From: Octopus bimaculoides
Lineage: Eukaryota
NCBI RefSeq assembly: GCF_001194135.2
Contig: NC_069001.1
Coordinates: forward strand, 3,946,686 to 4,010,685
Direction of reading: 5' to 3'
Length of the DNA: 64,000 nt
Shown here piece by piece: positions 63,936-64,000 of this stretch (position 1 is the stretch's first letter; every line of letters begins with the position of its first letter). Under the pieces are notes generated by a model that was not told where the DNA came from, ran no database searches, and was given only the letters and a program-made list of their open reading frames with translations. Position numbers and translations under genes: made by a program.

Positions 63936-64000
63936 ACATATGAAAATACAATAAATACTAACATACTAAATGGTTATAATAAACCTATGTCCAACATAGT

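Overview
AT-rich eukaryotic (animal) genomic DNA from a gapped draft assembly: 11 N-runs, about 3.6 kb in total. It is saturated with microsatellites ((AT)n, (AC)n, (AGAT)n, (AAT)n, (CAT)n, (GTA/GGT)n) and with many decayed copies of at least five recurring SINE-like families, labelled A-E here. I recognise these families from Octopus/coleoid cephalopod genomes, but that assignment is recall and not a database result. No protein-coding gene can be supported. Nearly every ORF in the track is a translated microsatellite or spans an N gap, so the window reads as a large intron or intergenic region. Best-supported discrete features: one diverged tRNA-Asn(GTT) with an oligo-T terminator; several MITEs with readable termini and target-site duplications (hAT-like, Tc1/mariner-like, piggyBac-like); a 462-bp long-TIR element with a 6-bp TSD carrying about 90 bp of (CCCTAA)n telomere-type repeat; small RTE-LINE relics; and three minisatellite/satellite arrays. 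Most worth a second look: the telomere-repeat MITE, two Penelope-type minimal hammerhead-ribozyme-like motifs about 750 bp apart on opposite strands, an RTE 5' UTR relic, inverted SINE pairs that would form dsRNA, and one non-repetitive minus-strand exon candidate. SINE boundaries are approximate, within about 10-20 bp.
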